Source of the DNA: Lama glama
Taxonomy: Eukaryota
Length of the DNA stretch: 64,000 nt
Direction: 5' to 3'
NCBI GenBank assembly: GCA_028534125.1
Contig: CM052818.1
Location: 7,256,001 to 7,320,000, forward strand
Shown here: positions 13,001 to 25,260 of the stretch, piece after piece
Position numbering within the stretch: the first letter of the stretch is position 1
Layout: the number at the start of each line of letters is the position of its first letter
Position numbers and translations under genes: made by a program
Notes under the pieces: generated by a model
The model's database searches: none
Seen by the model: the letters and a program-made list of their open reading frames with translations, nothing else
What the model was told of the DNA's origin: nothing

Positions 13001-14567
13001 CTCCTATATCCTGTCATCAAATTACACATAAATAACTTTAATCAGCTTGTATGATGCAAAAAATTCCTTTCTGAAGTGGTCATGCTTTAAAAAATTCATT
13101 ATCTGATGATGTTAAAAGTTCTAGGCTATAAATTAAAGAACATCCAATACCAGTGTCACCCTATACTCTAGTAAGATGAAACTAAATCGAGAAAGGATTA
13201 GGTCAAAACCAACAGTCTTCTCTTTGCATTATATAATTAATTCATTCCTTGTTTAAAATTGTAAGCTTCTCCCTCAATAATGAATTACTCAACAGGAAAA
13301 ACACACATTAGCTAAACCATGTAATAAGTGAATTAGCAAATTAAACTATTCAGACACTCAACATCAAATGAAAAGTGATTAGTTGTGCAAACTAATACCA
13401 TAATACCATAATTTCTATAATATCTTAATGTATCAAAGATATGACAAGCAGTGCCGTAGAACCATTTTAATTAATACTTATACTTTGGAAATATTTCCAA
13501 TAGAAAATGGCTTGCTTAGCAAAAGGTAACTGGAGAAACAGAATTCATAGATTCTGATTTTATTCTCACTATCTTTAAAATAGGCCCGTGGACCAAGTGT
13601 TACATATATCAGTATCAGTAAAAAGCAGTGATTTCCAACAGAGTGCTCTCTTCCACACCCGTGGGGTTGAAGAAAAGTTAAATTTAGCACAGTGTAGAAC
13701 TCAGGACTGGGGAACAAGAATAACCTGGATGTCAAACTGCACCTCTAGAGGCTACTTTACATCCAAATAAGTTAATGAATCTTCTCTGAAAGAATCTGGA
13801 CCACAAAAGGATAAAGAGCAGCGGCTAAGGGGTAAGAATATTCTCCCTAACAAACCTACTACCTATGAAAAATAAACATAAATGTACATTTGCAATGAAT
13901 TATAAGCAAATAAATACAGCCACAATGAGTCAAACTATGGTTGTTTCTTGTTCTAGGTCTAACCCTTAACCCATTTCACTCTCCCACAAGGCTTTTATTA
14001 GCTGTTATGAGGTCCAAATCTGCGTTTTTCAAATTATTTTTCTACCCTTCAATGCCCTATAGCCTTCAGCACAGATTGAAGTTTCAAATTCTGCTTGCTC
14101 TCTTCTGCAGCCAAAACTAGGTCTCTGAGAGACAAAATTAAGAGACATTATTTTCTGAGACTTAAAGTGTTCTAAATCTCAGTTTAACCTTCTGTTATAA
14201 TCACTATAAAGGTAAAAACTGGAGGACCTGCTAGAATAGTTAATTAGCTAATTAATGGATTTTTACATAAGTGGTATTTACACTTATCAGAAAACCAAGT
14301 TGATGAATTTCTGTAAATATTAAAGAAACTCACTGAGGTAAAAAAAAAAAATCTTACTAAGCATTACTACAGGAATGTCTATTTAAAGTTAACCAAAGGG
14401 TTTTTACATGTGAAACAGGTAACTAATCCACAAATCAGGCAAGCATTACATATCATAAAGAGATTCCTTTAACAGGTACCCAATTAAAAAATACTTTTTG
14501 AAAAGCTGAATTAGAAGCCTCCACACCAATTAGTATGCCATACAAAATAGAGAAAATTAGTAAATAC

Positions 14568-16499
14568 CTGAACCGAAGTGGCTGTTTCCTGTAAATGACC
14601 ACCAGCAACTGCTCCTTTGGAAGTCGCTGAGGGGACATTGTGTGTTTGGGGGGTTCCTGGAGTATCGATCTTTTCATCTGTCCTATGTGACTGCCAGGCT
14701 TCCTTTCGATGATGAGATTCAGTAGCCTGCTGGTCTCCAAAAGCAGCCCAAGAGCAGCTATCTTTCTGTCCATCCTCAAAAGCATTCCAATCTACAGCTT
14801 GGCTAGGACCAGCTGAACTGAAATCCGCAAAATCATCAGAGTCTTGAAAAGCACTGCAGTCATCTTGAATATTTGGCACAGAATCAAAATCTCCAAACTC
14901 ACCTTCTTGCCCAATTTTCAGTTTTGAAACAGGTTCAGTGCCTGTCCCAGTAAATTTTCTTGCCAAATTGCATCCCTCTGATAAACTATCAGAGGTCTGT
15001 TTTAGGTCTGACTCGGTAAATATAGTTTCCTCTTGGTAGGAAACAGCATTTGATTCCCCAAATTCACCAAAGTCATCACCTGGTTCACTAAAATGTGGAA
15101 AGTGCTCTGAGGATTCCTCAAAAGTGACATCGCTCATTGAATCTTGAGTACCAGTAACAAAAGGTGGAGTTGTGCCACTGGCTGTGCCAAAGTCACCAAA
15201 ATCATCCTCAATGGTATCGTTGCAAGTCACAAAGTCATTACTACTATCACCAGTTTTTACACTTACAGAATCATCCAAAACATTTTCTTCTGCAGGATCA
15301 ATGCTGAGGCTTTGGGAATAAGTAAACTTTCTACTTTCTTCTTTGGAAGAACCAACTTTATCATCAGCATCAGAAGTTTCTGTAGAATCCTTGCACAGGT
15401 CAGCACATTTAGAGGTACATAAATCAAGTTCTTCCTCAGTTTTACGTTGTTCTCTCCTACTGGCTTCTGAATTTTCAGCTGACTCTACCAAACTCCAAGC
15501 CTTTGATTGAACACCTGAATTTAAAAATTCATCCTGCTGCAACGTTGGAAGGCCTTGTTTTCCACTGCTGACACCTCTGTTACTTGCTAGGCTTACTTCT
15601 GAAACACAAACCTGATCCTCTCCAGCAATGTTTCCCTTACTGTCCAAGCTTTTATCTAAAGACACTTCTTTTACAGAATTCAGTTCACTGACTCTATTAA
15701 TTTTATTGTTTTCCTGAATGGTTAGTGCTTCTCTATCATTTAAAACTGCACATTCTATTTCTTCTAGCTGTATCCTTTCTTTCTTGGAAAATGTGGCAAA
15801 ATCTGCAAATTCCTCAGCAGGACTAGGTGCAGAGTCTAAGTTATATTCAGTACTAAGAGTGCTAAGAGGTTTTCGTCCTTTTGAATCAGCTACAGTGTCC
15901 AGATCATCTATTCCCTGAGGATTTACAGTTTCCACTACTGCAAACCCATTTGTTAGAATCTCCAGACAAGGAGGCTTTTCACCATTGCAGCTCTCTAACT
16001 GCTTGTTTTGATGCATAACATTCAGATCAGTTCTAAAATCTCTGGGAGAGAAACTTTCAGGTGTTCCAACATTCTGTCTCTGCTCCACTACTTTATTAAA
16101 ATCTCTTGGACTTTCTATGCCATCAATAGAAGTATCTAAAGTTTTAGATGAAATTATTTCTTTGCTGGTGGTAGAAAGTAAAACATCAGACTGTCCTTTC
16201 ACAGGAGAAGAAAGTCCAGCAGTGATGTCCTTATCACTACCATTTTTAATGGATTTAAAGCTTGTAAGGCTATCTACATTTTCTGAGAAATCATGAATTG
16301 GCATAAAATGGTTTGAAGGTACAAACTCTTCCTTGGGACGAGTATAATCTGGTGTATCAAAATCAACAAACCCTACACCAGAAGGGCTAACTTCAGAAAA
16401 CCCACCAAATTCCCCAAATTCATCGTCATCATCATCCTCAGCTCCATTGTCTAGTGGTGGTGGGGATGAAGAGTACATTCGAATGATGTCTGGCTCCAT
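14568..16499 (-). CDS. AFTPH: Aftiphilin, first coding exon (exon 2; whole exon 14568-16530 including 31 nt of 5'UTR), 644 codons
   Basis: ORF begins MEPDIIRMYSSSPPPLDNGAEDDDDDEFGEFGGFSEV, which I recognise as aftiphilin. It contains repeated gamma-ear-binding motifs (EFGEF, DFGDF, DFGEF, EFGDF, DFADF) and WxxF-acidic motifs (WNAFED, WAAFGD). Acceptor is a T-tract ending CAG at 16533-16531; donor is CAG|GTATTT after 14568 (phase 0). Confidence 0.97.
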
Positions 16500-17029
16500 T
16501 GTTCAATTGCTTTCAATAATTAATTTACACCTGAAAAAAAAAGATTATTTTTTTGAGGGAACAGACTACATAGAATAAAGTCTTTCAAAATTATCCCAAA
16601 GAAACTTCAAAACAATGCAAACTTACAATGCTACTTATCTTTTAAACTATTTTTATCTTAGGTGAGATTACTCTACACAGCTATAAAATAATGGCAACCC
16701 CCCCCCCCAAAAAAAAGCTCTCTCTCTTCCAGTGTTATGTTTCTAAGGGCATTGGTAGTACGTTACTGAATTTGGGGACTCCAGAAAATTTCAAATAAAC
16801 ATTTACAAAAGTACATTTACAAAAATCTCTCTTGGGGCACTTACTTGTTCTGTTAAGCTCTCTTTCCAGTTCACTGGGGACACAGGACTTGCCTTATGGA
16901 GTTGTATGAATTTTTTTAATAAATAAAAGACATGAAAATTTTATCTCTAATAATGGCCACAAATATTTCCCTCACTTGCTTTTCAGTGTTTATTTCTGAC
17001 CCAAGTTAGCTTTTGTTTTTGTTTTAGCA

Positions 17030-18330
17030 GACTTTATTTTTTTAGAGAAGTGTTAAGTACATAGCAAAATTGAGCAGAAGGTATCTCTTACCTCCATTCA
17101 TGCATAGCCTCTATTATAAACATCTTCCTAGAGTGGTATATTTGTTACTTGATGAACCTACATTGACATAACATTATTCCCCAAAGTCCATAGTTCATAT
17201 TAAGATTCATTCTTGGTGTTGGACAAATGCATAAAGAAAGACACGTATCCACCATTATAATATCACACAAAATAATTTCACTGCCCTAAATAATCTGTGT
17301 TCTACCTATTCTATTCATCCCTCTCCCCTGCCCTGGCATCCACTGATATTTCTGCTGTCTACATAGTTTTGCTTTCTCCAGAATATTGTATAGTTGGAAT
17401 CACAGAGTATGTAGCCTGTAAAAACTGTATGATTTGCTTCTTTCATTTAGTAATATGTATTTAAGGTTCTTCCTCCATTTCTTTTCATTGCTTGATAGCT
17501 CTTTTTTTTTTAAGTACTGAATAATCCATTGTCTGGATGTACCAAAGTTTATAAGTTAATTTTTTTGTAATTTTCCACTTTGAAATCGTTTAGGACTCAT
17601 AAAAAGTTGCAAAAACAGCACAGAGAGTTCTCATGTATACTCCACCCAGTTACTCTTAAAAAGAATATGGTAAATAACAACAGTATATGATCAAACCACA
17701 AAACTGACATCAGTACAACCTATTAACTCAGTTACAGATCTTGTTTAGATTTCACTGTTTTTTTTTTTCTTTGTGTGTGTAGTTTTAATGAAGTTGATCA
17801 CAGGGGCAGATTAGATCTGAGTAACTGTCACTATAATTGGGATAAGCACTGTTGGAAAAATAGTTCAATAATAGTCATCAATATAAAGAAAGTTCCACGT
17901 GTTATCCCTTACTAGTCATGCCCTTCCCTAGACCTTAACTCTCGGCAACCGCCAGTTTACTCTCCATTATTATAATTTTGCTACAGTATTATCTAAATGA
18001 AATCATGTAATACGTAACCCTTTGAAGCTGGCTTTTTCACTCAGCTTAATGCCCTCGAGATCCATCCATGTTGTGGCATGTTTCCACAGTTCATTCCTTT
18101 TTATTGCTAAGTAGTATTCCATTGTATAGATACTTGTTTCACCATTTACTCCGTGTAAGATACTTGGGTTATTTTCCCTATTTTCCAAATACAAATAAAT
18201 CTGCTATGAACATCAGTGTACACATTGTTATGTGAACATGAGTTTCCATTTCTTTAAGATAATACCCAGGAGTGTGAATGCTGGGTCACACGATGTGTGC
18301 TAAACTTTATAAGCCAAACTATTTTTTCAA
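17030..18330 (-). mobile_element. Two adjacent old L1 (L1MA/MB/MC-like) 3' fragments
   Basis: Antisense L1 3'UTR and ORF2-end phrases; minus ORF 18003-18194 (YTMEYYLAIKRNELWKHATTWMDLEGIKLSE) is the L1 ORF2 C-terminus. Confidence 0.8.
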
Positions 18331-19539
18331 GATAATTTTTAAGAAGTCAACTTGATTACTTTCATTAGTAATTTTATTCATTATTTTGCTATCATATAAG
18401 CTTAAGATTTAATAAATATCCACTTTTATTTTCTTCTTTTAGAGTGTTTTTTCAATGTTCAATTTTTAAGACATCTAGAAATTATTCTGGCATATGGTCT
18501 AAAGCAAGGGTCTAAGTGAAAATTTTTCTAAACAGCCAAGCAATTATCATAATCCTATTTATTGAATAACCTTTCTCATGCCTATTCATTTATGATATAT
18601 TTTTATGATTTAATTCTTGAAAGGAAACTATGTCTATGTTATTTTGTTCCTCTGTACTAAACAGTGTCACAAGACAGACTTAACATTAAAAGCAAAGGGA
18701 AGACTAATAACCAAAGTCTTAAAATAAAAGCAGCCAATAAGCAATGAATTGATACTTACTGCAATTCAGTTATCAAGTTAGACACATGAGGAAAACATTT
18801 ACTATAAAGTTCAACCAGTTTTGCAAGCTAACAAAAAAATTACTTTCTTTCAACTCTCAGAATAAAATTTCACAAAATCTTTCAGTTTTAGCGTGAAGGT
18901 ATGTTGGATACCACATAATTTAGAGATGAGGAAGATGAGGCTTACTGGTGAGCAACCTTATCAAAGGTCATACAGCTGGTTAGCAGAAAATGGCTTCAGA
19001 ATTTCAAAAAGATCTTTGAGGTCAATGACTGGTCAGTTGCTGAGAGAAATAAGCAAGTCATGAGAAAAAAGACTCCATTGTAATGTATCTACTTTAAATT
19101 GTTTGCCTTACGAAATCAGCACCTATTTATCTAAGTTCATCTTCTTTTCTGCTGACATAAAGCAAAAAGAAAAACAAAAAACAGTAAAAGATACATATAA
19201 ACCCTACTTTCTCCTCTTGTCTAGAGGCCCCGATAATCTCTTCTAATGCTGGATGTACAGGGTCATTTGACCTCTAACAGTTCCCCTTGTAAGCATGAAA
19301 TTCCTAGTATTTAAAAATACTCTCTGATTGTTAATCAGAGTGTGGAGAAAGGGACACCTGTACACACATCCTGATGGTAGGTGTGTAAATTGTTACAAGG
19401 CTTCAGAAGGCTATACTATACAAACTTTTTTTTAAAGTAAAACAAAATGTTCCAAAGGGGTTATTTAAGCAAATTATGCTAAATCATTACACTAGCATAC
19501 TATGTAATCATTAATATCATAATTCCTTTTTTAATTTAG

Positions 19540-20400
19540 AAGCATTCATAATGGTAGGAACATGTCAAAAGGACACAATAGCCAGCCTGAAGGGGTTACT
19601 ACTATTTAAATCAGTGACAACCTGAGCATCAAAATAATGATGGAGTATAATTCATTGAATAAAATAATAAACTATCAGTCCTCATGGATATAAGCATGTA
19701 AGTTAATAAACTGAACATTAGATGAGGAACAAGATACTGCATAGTTTCAAAATACCTCACCATAACACACTTAACTACAAAGCGAACAAGTGTAACTTTA
19801 CAGTGGTGAAGCCTGACACTTAATCAAGTGATCAAAGTGAACATCACTAGTAATGGAAATAGCGAAGTCATGCATCATCTCACAAGATGCAATGAGGACA
19901 CAGGCTCACTTCTGGAATATTCCTGCCAAAAATATGTGACCTGAATTGATTCATGAGGAAACTTCTGACAAATTCAAATTCAGAGACAGTCTAACAAAAC
20001 AACTGACCTATAATCTTCAGAAGTATCAATGTCATGAAAGCTACAGAAAAATTGGAAAACTGTTCCAGATTGAAGATGACTGAAGAGATGTGACAAGTAA
20101 ATACAATACCTGCTTTTCAACTGGCTCCCTTTCCATAAAGATCATTACTGGGATGACTGTGAAACTTGAGTAGAGCCCAAGAATTAGACAGCAGCAATAT
20201 ACTGATGCTAATTTTTCTCAATTTTGATGGTAATATTGTGGTTATGTAAGAGAATGTCTTTGGTATACAGATTAAAATATTTGGAAGAGATGGGGCATCA
20301 GGTTGGCAAGAGTCTCAAACTGTTCCAGAAAAAAAAGCACATTTGCACTGAACGTGCAACTTTTTATAAGTTTGTGACTGTTGCAAAATGAAAAATGAAA
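19540..20400 (+). mobile_element. Old L1 (L1MC/ME-like) 3'UTR
   Basis: aactttacagtggtgaagcctg...ttaatcaagtgatcaaagtgaacatcac...gttatgtaagagaatgtc. Confidence 0.7.
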
Positions 20401-20489
20401 GTAATTAAAAGCATTCAGGAGATTTATGTTCTCATTTAAATATGTATGTTTTACAATAAATGGGTTACTTATACAATAATACTTCATTA

Positions 20490-21620
20490 AAAAATTGGGG
20501 CAAAATATGCATAACATAAAACTTACCATTTTAACCATCAGTGGCATTAAGTACCTTGACACTGTTGTGCAACCATCACCACCATCAATCTTTATAACTT
20601 TTTTTACCTCCAAAATATCAAAGTATCTTTGTACCCACTAAATGATAATTTCCCATTTCCCCTCCTTCCAATCCTGCACCACCACTCTACTTTCTATCTC
20701 TATGAATCTGACTACTCTTGGTGCCTCATATGAATGGAATCATACAGTATTTGTCCTTTTGTGACTGTCTTGTTTCACTCAGCGTAATGTCCTTAAAGTT
20801 CATACATGTTTGCAGCATGTGTCAGAATTTCATACTTCTGAAGGTTGAATTTTATTCTATTGTATGCATGTACTATCATCTGTTAATGGACAGTTGGATT
20901 GCTTCCATCTTTAGGCTATTGTGAATAATGCCGTGATAAACATGAGTGTGCAATATACCGTATTTTTAAAAATTTTTTTTAAATAACAGGTGAACAAAGT
21001 TGCAAAAATAGTAAAGTCCTGTGCACCCTTCACCCAGCTTTTCCTAAAGGTGACATCTCACATAGTTCTAGTACAACAGCAAGACTGGAAATGTTGGTAT
21101 TACTGTTAACTGGACTATAGGACTTACTCAGTTTTCACCTGCATTGTTGTTTAAAAAAACAAACAAAACTTGCATCCATTTGTATATGTGTGTAGTTCAA
21201 TTTTATGTCATATACAGATCTATGCAACTACCACTATCAAGATACAGAACTGCCCCCAACCCCCCACCCCATTCCTGTCCCTGGGCAACCACTAATCTGT
21301 TCTCCATCTTCATAGTTTTTATCATTTCAAGAGCGTTACATAAATAGCACTGTATTTTATTATTATAAATAGTATATATACTACATGATAACATATACAC
21401 TCATAGTGTATTTAAATGGTACATGTAATAAAGATCTAAGAATATAACATTTAATGTGCAGGTTTTTATGTGAACGTAAGTTCTTTTTTCTTTGGGATAA
21501 ATGCCCAAGAGTATAATCACTGGGTCCTATGTAAGTGTATGTTTAGTTTTGTAAAAAAAAAAACCCACCAAACTATTTTCTAGAGTGCTGTATCACTTTA
21601 CTGTGCTGTATCATTCTCAT
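20490..21620 (-). mobile_element. L1MB/MC-like 3' fragments
   Basis: cataacataaaacttaccattttaacc...gaatcatacagtatttgtccttttgtgactg...gggataaatgcccaagagt. Confidence 0.75.
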
Positions 21621-23190
21621 AATACTTTATTTTTAAAGAACCATCTGTTCATGGTTAATCTACCACTTTTCCTAAAACTTTTTATTGTTTGAAAAATGAA
21701 ATGAAATTATTGTTTAAAGGCTTTATTTCAAACTCAGATGTTCAGGCAAATACAAAGATCTGAATCAGGAACTTCGTAACCAAACCAACAACACAAAGTA
21801 GTTTTTCTTCCTGTCACACCTTGGCAAGGTCTCCCTTTTCTGGGTGCAATAGGCTCTATCAGCTCCCCCAGACTACGAACATTTCCATATTCCTCAAAAA
21901 TGTTCCACTTTTTGATGGGAAGAATGTGGGCTCCCCTTCAAGGTCTTGGCTTTGGCCCAACTCACCCTTCAGAAACCTAAGAGAGTGCCTCTGCTCCAAA
22001 GTTTCAGCCAAGAATGCCAGCCAGTGTGGAGGAGACCTGAAATTTTCCAGAAGATTCTTCTGTGTCCAGGCCAATCCAGTAAAATTTGTTAACTGAAGTG
22101 CATCTGTTCATTGTTAACTGAAGTATTATTTGTATAAGGAATTTACATGTTAAGTCTGTGGACAAATCCACTTTTTTTTTTTAACACAGGAAAATATGGG
22201 TTTTTAAGAAGCTATTTCTACTTAACAGGAAAAAAAAAGACAGATGAGCAACTGTAACTGTGCTTGGCACACAACAACCTCAATAAATGTCTCTTCATCC
22301 TTCTTAATGGACTACTTACTCCACACACGAGGAATCCTAATCAATCATCCAATTTCTTTACAACTTGAACAAACACACACATGTGTGTGCTCAACTTGAC
22401 ATTTTTTTGTCTACTTATTCTAAGACCCTTAGAGGAGAGTAAACAAGTAATGGGGGTATCCAGAAAGGATTCAAGCCACAGCATACACAAGGCTCTCATG
22501 ACTGGGTAGTGAACGAGGTATCCTGAGGGCAGCCAGAGCAGCCCAGTGCCAGATCAGCAGCCAGGGTGACGGGGGATACAAGGACTGAAGGCGATTCAGT
22601 TATTAATCTCTCACAAGAGGAGCCACAACTGCTTAAGGAGTTCTAGCCTCAAGTCTGAAACAGTATTGGAAAAAAAGGATGATAAGTCTCTAGGTTGAAA
22701 ACTCTGGGGCCAAGTGACAAGGTGGGCTTGGGAAGGTAGAAGAATAAAGAGGGATGGGGCTGACTATCATCTAAGACTATGTGACCATTTAAAAATAGTT
22801 TCTCAAGAAGAACAAAGTCAGAGGACTTAACCTACCAGATACCAAGACTTGGTTTAAAGCTATATGGTCATGTGGTAACAAAGATGCCAATGCAGCGTGG
22901 TGGGGAAAGAAAAGCTTTTTCAACAAATAGTGTTAGATCAATTGGGGGAAAAGTCTGATTCTACCTAACGTCTTACCCAAAAGTCAGCTCCATATAGATT
23001 ACAGGCTTAAATGAGAAAGGTAAAACAATCAACCTCCCAGAAGATAATTTAAGAGATTATTTCCATGACTTTAGGGAAGGCAAGATGTTTTAAACAAGAA
23101 ACAGAAAGCAGTAATCATAAAAGAAAAAATTGGTAAGTTAGACTTAAGATTAAAAACTGTTCATCAAAAGAATTAAGAGAGTGAAAACGT

Positions 23191-23480
23191 GGTGGGGAGG
23201 GCATAGCTTAGTGGTAGAGTGCATGCTTAGCATGCACAAGGTCCTGGGTTTAATCCCCAGTACCTCCATTAAAAAAAAAAAAAGATAAACAACAAATTCG
23301 TACTGTATAGCACAGGGAACTATATTCAATATCTTGTAGTAACTTATGGTGAAAAAGAATATGAAAACGAATATATGTATGTTCATGTATAACTGAAGCA
23401 TTATGCCATATACCAGAAATTGACACAACATTGTAAACTGACCATACTTCAATAAAAAATATATATACACACACACACAG
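23191..23480 (+). mobile_element. tRNA-Ala-derived SINE head joined to an L1 3'UTR fragment
   Basis: ggggagggcatagcttagtggtagagtgcatgcttagc..., then an A-run, then gataaacaac...ctgtatagcacagggaactatattcaatatcttg...aataaa; flanked by agagtgaaaa. Confidence 0.8.
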
Positions 23481-23699
23481 AAAGAGTGAAAAGGCAAGCG
23501 TTGTCTGGGAGATGTTATTTGGAATACATGTAACTGTCAAAAAGCTCATATCCAGAATATGTAAAAAACTCCTACAAATCAATGTGAGACAATCTAAAAG
23601 AAAAACGGCCAAAATACTTAAACAAAAGAATATGTCACAAAGGAGGATAACCATGTGGCCAATGAGCCTATAAAAAGTCATCAGAGAAATACACATTAA

Positions 23700-24174
23700 G
23701 CCAGAAAGAGAAAGAAAAATACCATATGAGATCGCTCATATGTGGAATCTAAAAAACAAAAACAAACAAACAAACAAAAACAAAGCATAAATACAGGACA
23801 GAAACNNNNNNNNNNNNNNNNNNNNNNNNNNNNNNNNNNNNNNNNNNNNNNNNNNNNNNNNNNNNNNNNNNNNNNNNNNNNNNNNNNNNNNNNNNNNNNN
23901 NNNNNGACTCATGGACAGAGAATACAGACTTGTGGTTACGGGGGGGGTAGAGGGTGGGAAGGGATAGACTGGGATTTCAAAATTGTAGAATAGATAAACA
24001 AGATTACACTGTATAGCACAGGGAAATATACACAAAATGTTATGATAAATCACAGAGAAAAAAATGTGACAATGAGTGTGTATATGTCCATGAATGACTG
24101 AAAAGTTGTGCTGAACACTGGAATTTGACACAACACTGTAAAATTATTATGAATCAATAAAAAATGTAAAAAAA
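23700..24174 (+). mobile_element. Young 5'-truncated L1 3' end with a perfect 28-bp flanking duplication
   Basis: L1 3'UTR, aataaa and A-tail; aaaaagtcatcagagaaatacacattaa at 23672-23699 and 24175-24202. Confidence 0.85.
23806..23905. other. Assembly gap (100 N)
   Basis: Run of n. Confidence 1.
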
Positions 24175-25049
24175 AAAAAGTCATCAGAGAAATACACATT
24201 AAAACCAGACACAACAACACACCCACCAGAATGGCTAAAATTAGGACAATTTTAACCATAGCCACTGATGGCAAAGATGTGGAGCAAATGGAATTCTCAT
24301 ACTTTAATGGTGGGAGTGTAAACCGGTATACCCTTTTGGAGAACTGTTTGGCAGTATCTACTAAAACTGTACCAGGTTTATATCCTACAAAAATGAGTAT
24401 ATATGTGTGCACTAAAAGACATGTACAAGACTGTTCATGACAACCTTATTCTTAACTGAAAATAACCCAAATGTCCACCAACAGGAGAATGGTTAAAATA
24501 AACCATGGTATAAACATACATGGCAATGAATTATTGCTACATACAGTAACATGGATGACTATCATAGACATAATATATGAAAGAAACCACATAAATACAC
24601 ACAAAATACACCATGTATGAATTTTGAACTCATTTCTATGAGTTCAAACCAAGCATAACTAATGCATGGTAGAAATTCAGAGCAGTGGTTATTTATAAGG
24701 GGTAGATATTGACTGGAAGGGGGCATAAAAGAGCTCACTAGATGCTAACAGAGATAATATTATCTCTTCATCTGGATAGTAGTTATACAGGGACATACTT
24801 TTATAAAAATTCATCCTATTGTACACTTAAGATTTTATATATATTATTATATTTACTATATAAATGTTCTAAGTCAAAAAATGTTTCTCAGAAAATCAAC
24901 ATACCTATATTAACAGCAGTTACTTTACAAGTTGAATGAATATATGACTATAGTTACAAATATACCATTCTATTAAAAAAGTTTTGCTTATTTATGCCTT
25001 GGCTTACTCTGGGATTTAAAATTATATATGTATGTCTCACAAGGTAGTA

Positions 25050-25260
25050 TGGTACGGAGGAAAGATCTTGAACCTAGTCAGACAGATCCTAGGTTCAGAT
25101 TCTGTTTTCCCCATTTACTATGTGAGTTTGCCCTCTCTGAGCTTGTTTCCTATCTATAAAAAGGAGCTAGCAGTCCCTACCTTTAAATGCTGTTATGAGG
25201 ATTATAGGCAATAGACCTTCAGTACCTGGCACATTCTGTGCACTCGGTAAGTTATCAACT
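25050..25260 (+). mobile_element. MIR remnant
   Basis: agtcagacagatcctaggttcagattc...ctctctgagcttgtttcctatctataaaa...tgttatgaggatta. Confidence 0.65.

Larger units (their letters stand above)
22780..24870 (+). mobile_element. Old L1 ORF2 3' part, interrupted by two younger insertions
   Basis: ORF 24231-24440 (GKDVEQMEFSYFNGGSVNRYTLLENCLAVSTK) is L1 ORF2-like; the host sequence resumes after each TSD. Confidence 0.8.

Noticed and set aside
14511..14567. Last 18 codons of the 662-aa ORF as part of the canonical protein
   Set aside because: They lie past the CAG|GT donor; the canonical frame continues in exon 3 (SVQ|TALL).
23191..23270. tRNA-Ala(AGC)-like sequences here and at 7535, 30533 and 44715 as tRNA genes
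   Set aside because: Diverged stems, A-rich tails and, in most copies, TSDs mark them as SINE copies.
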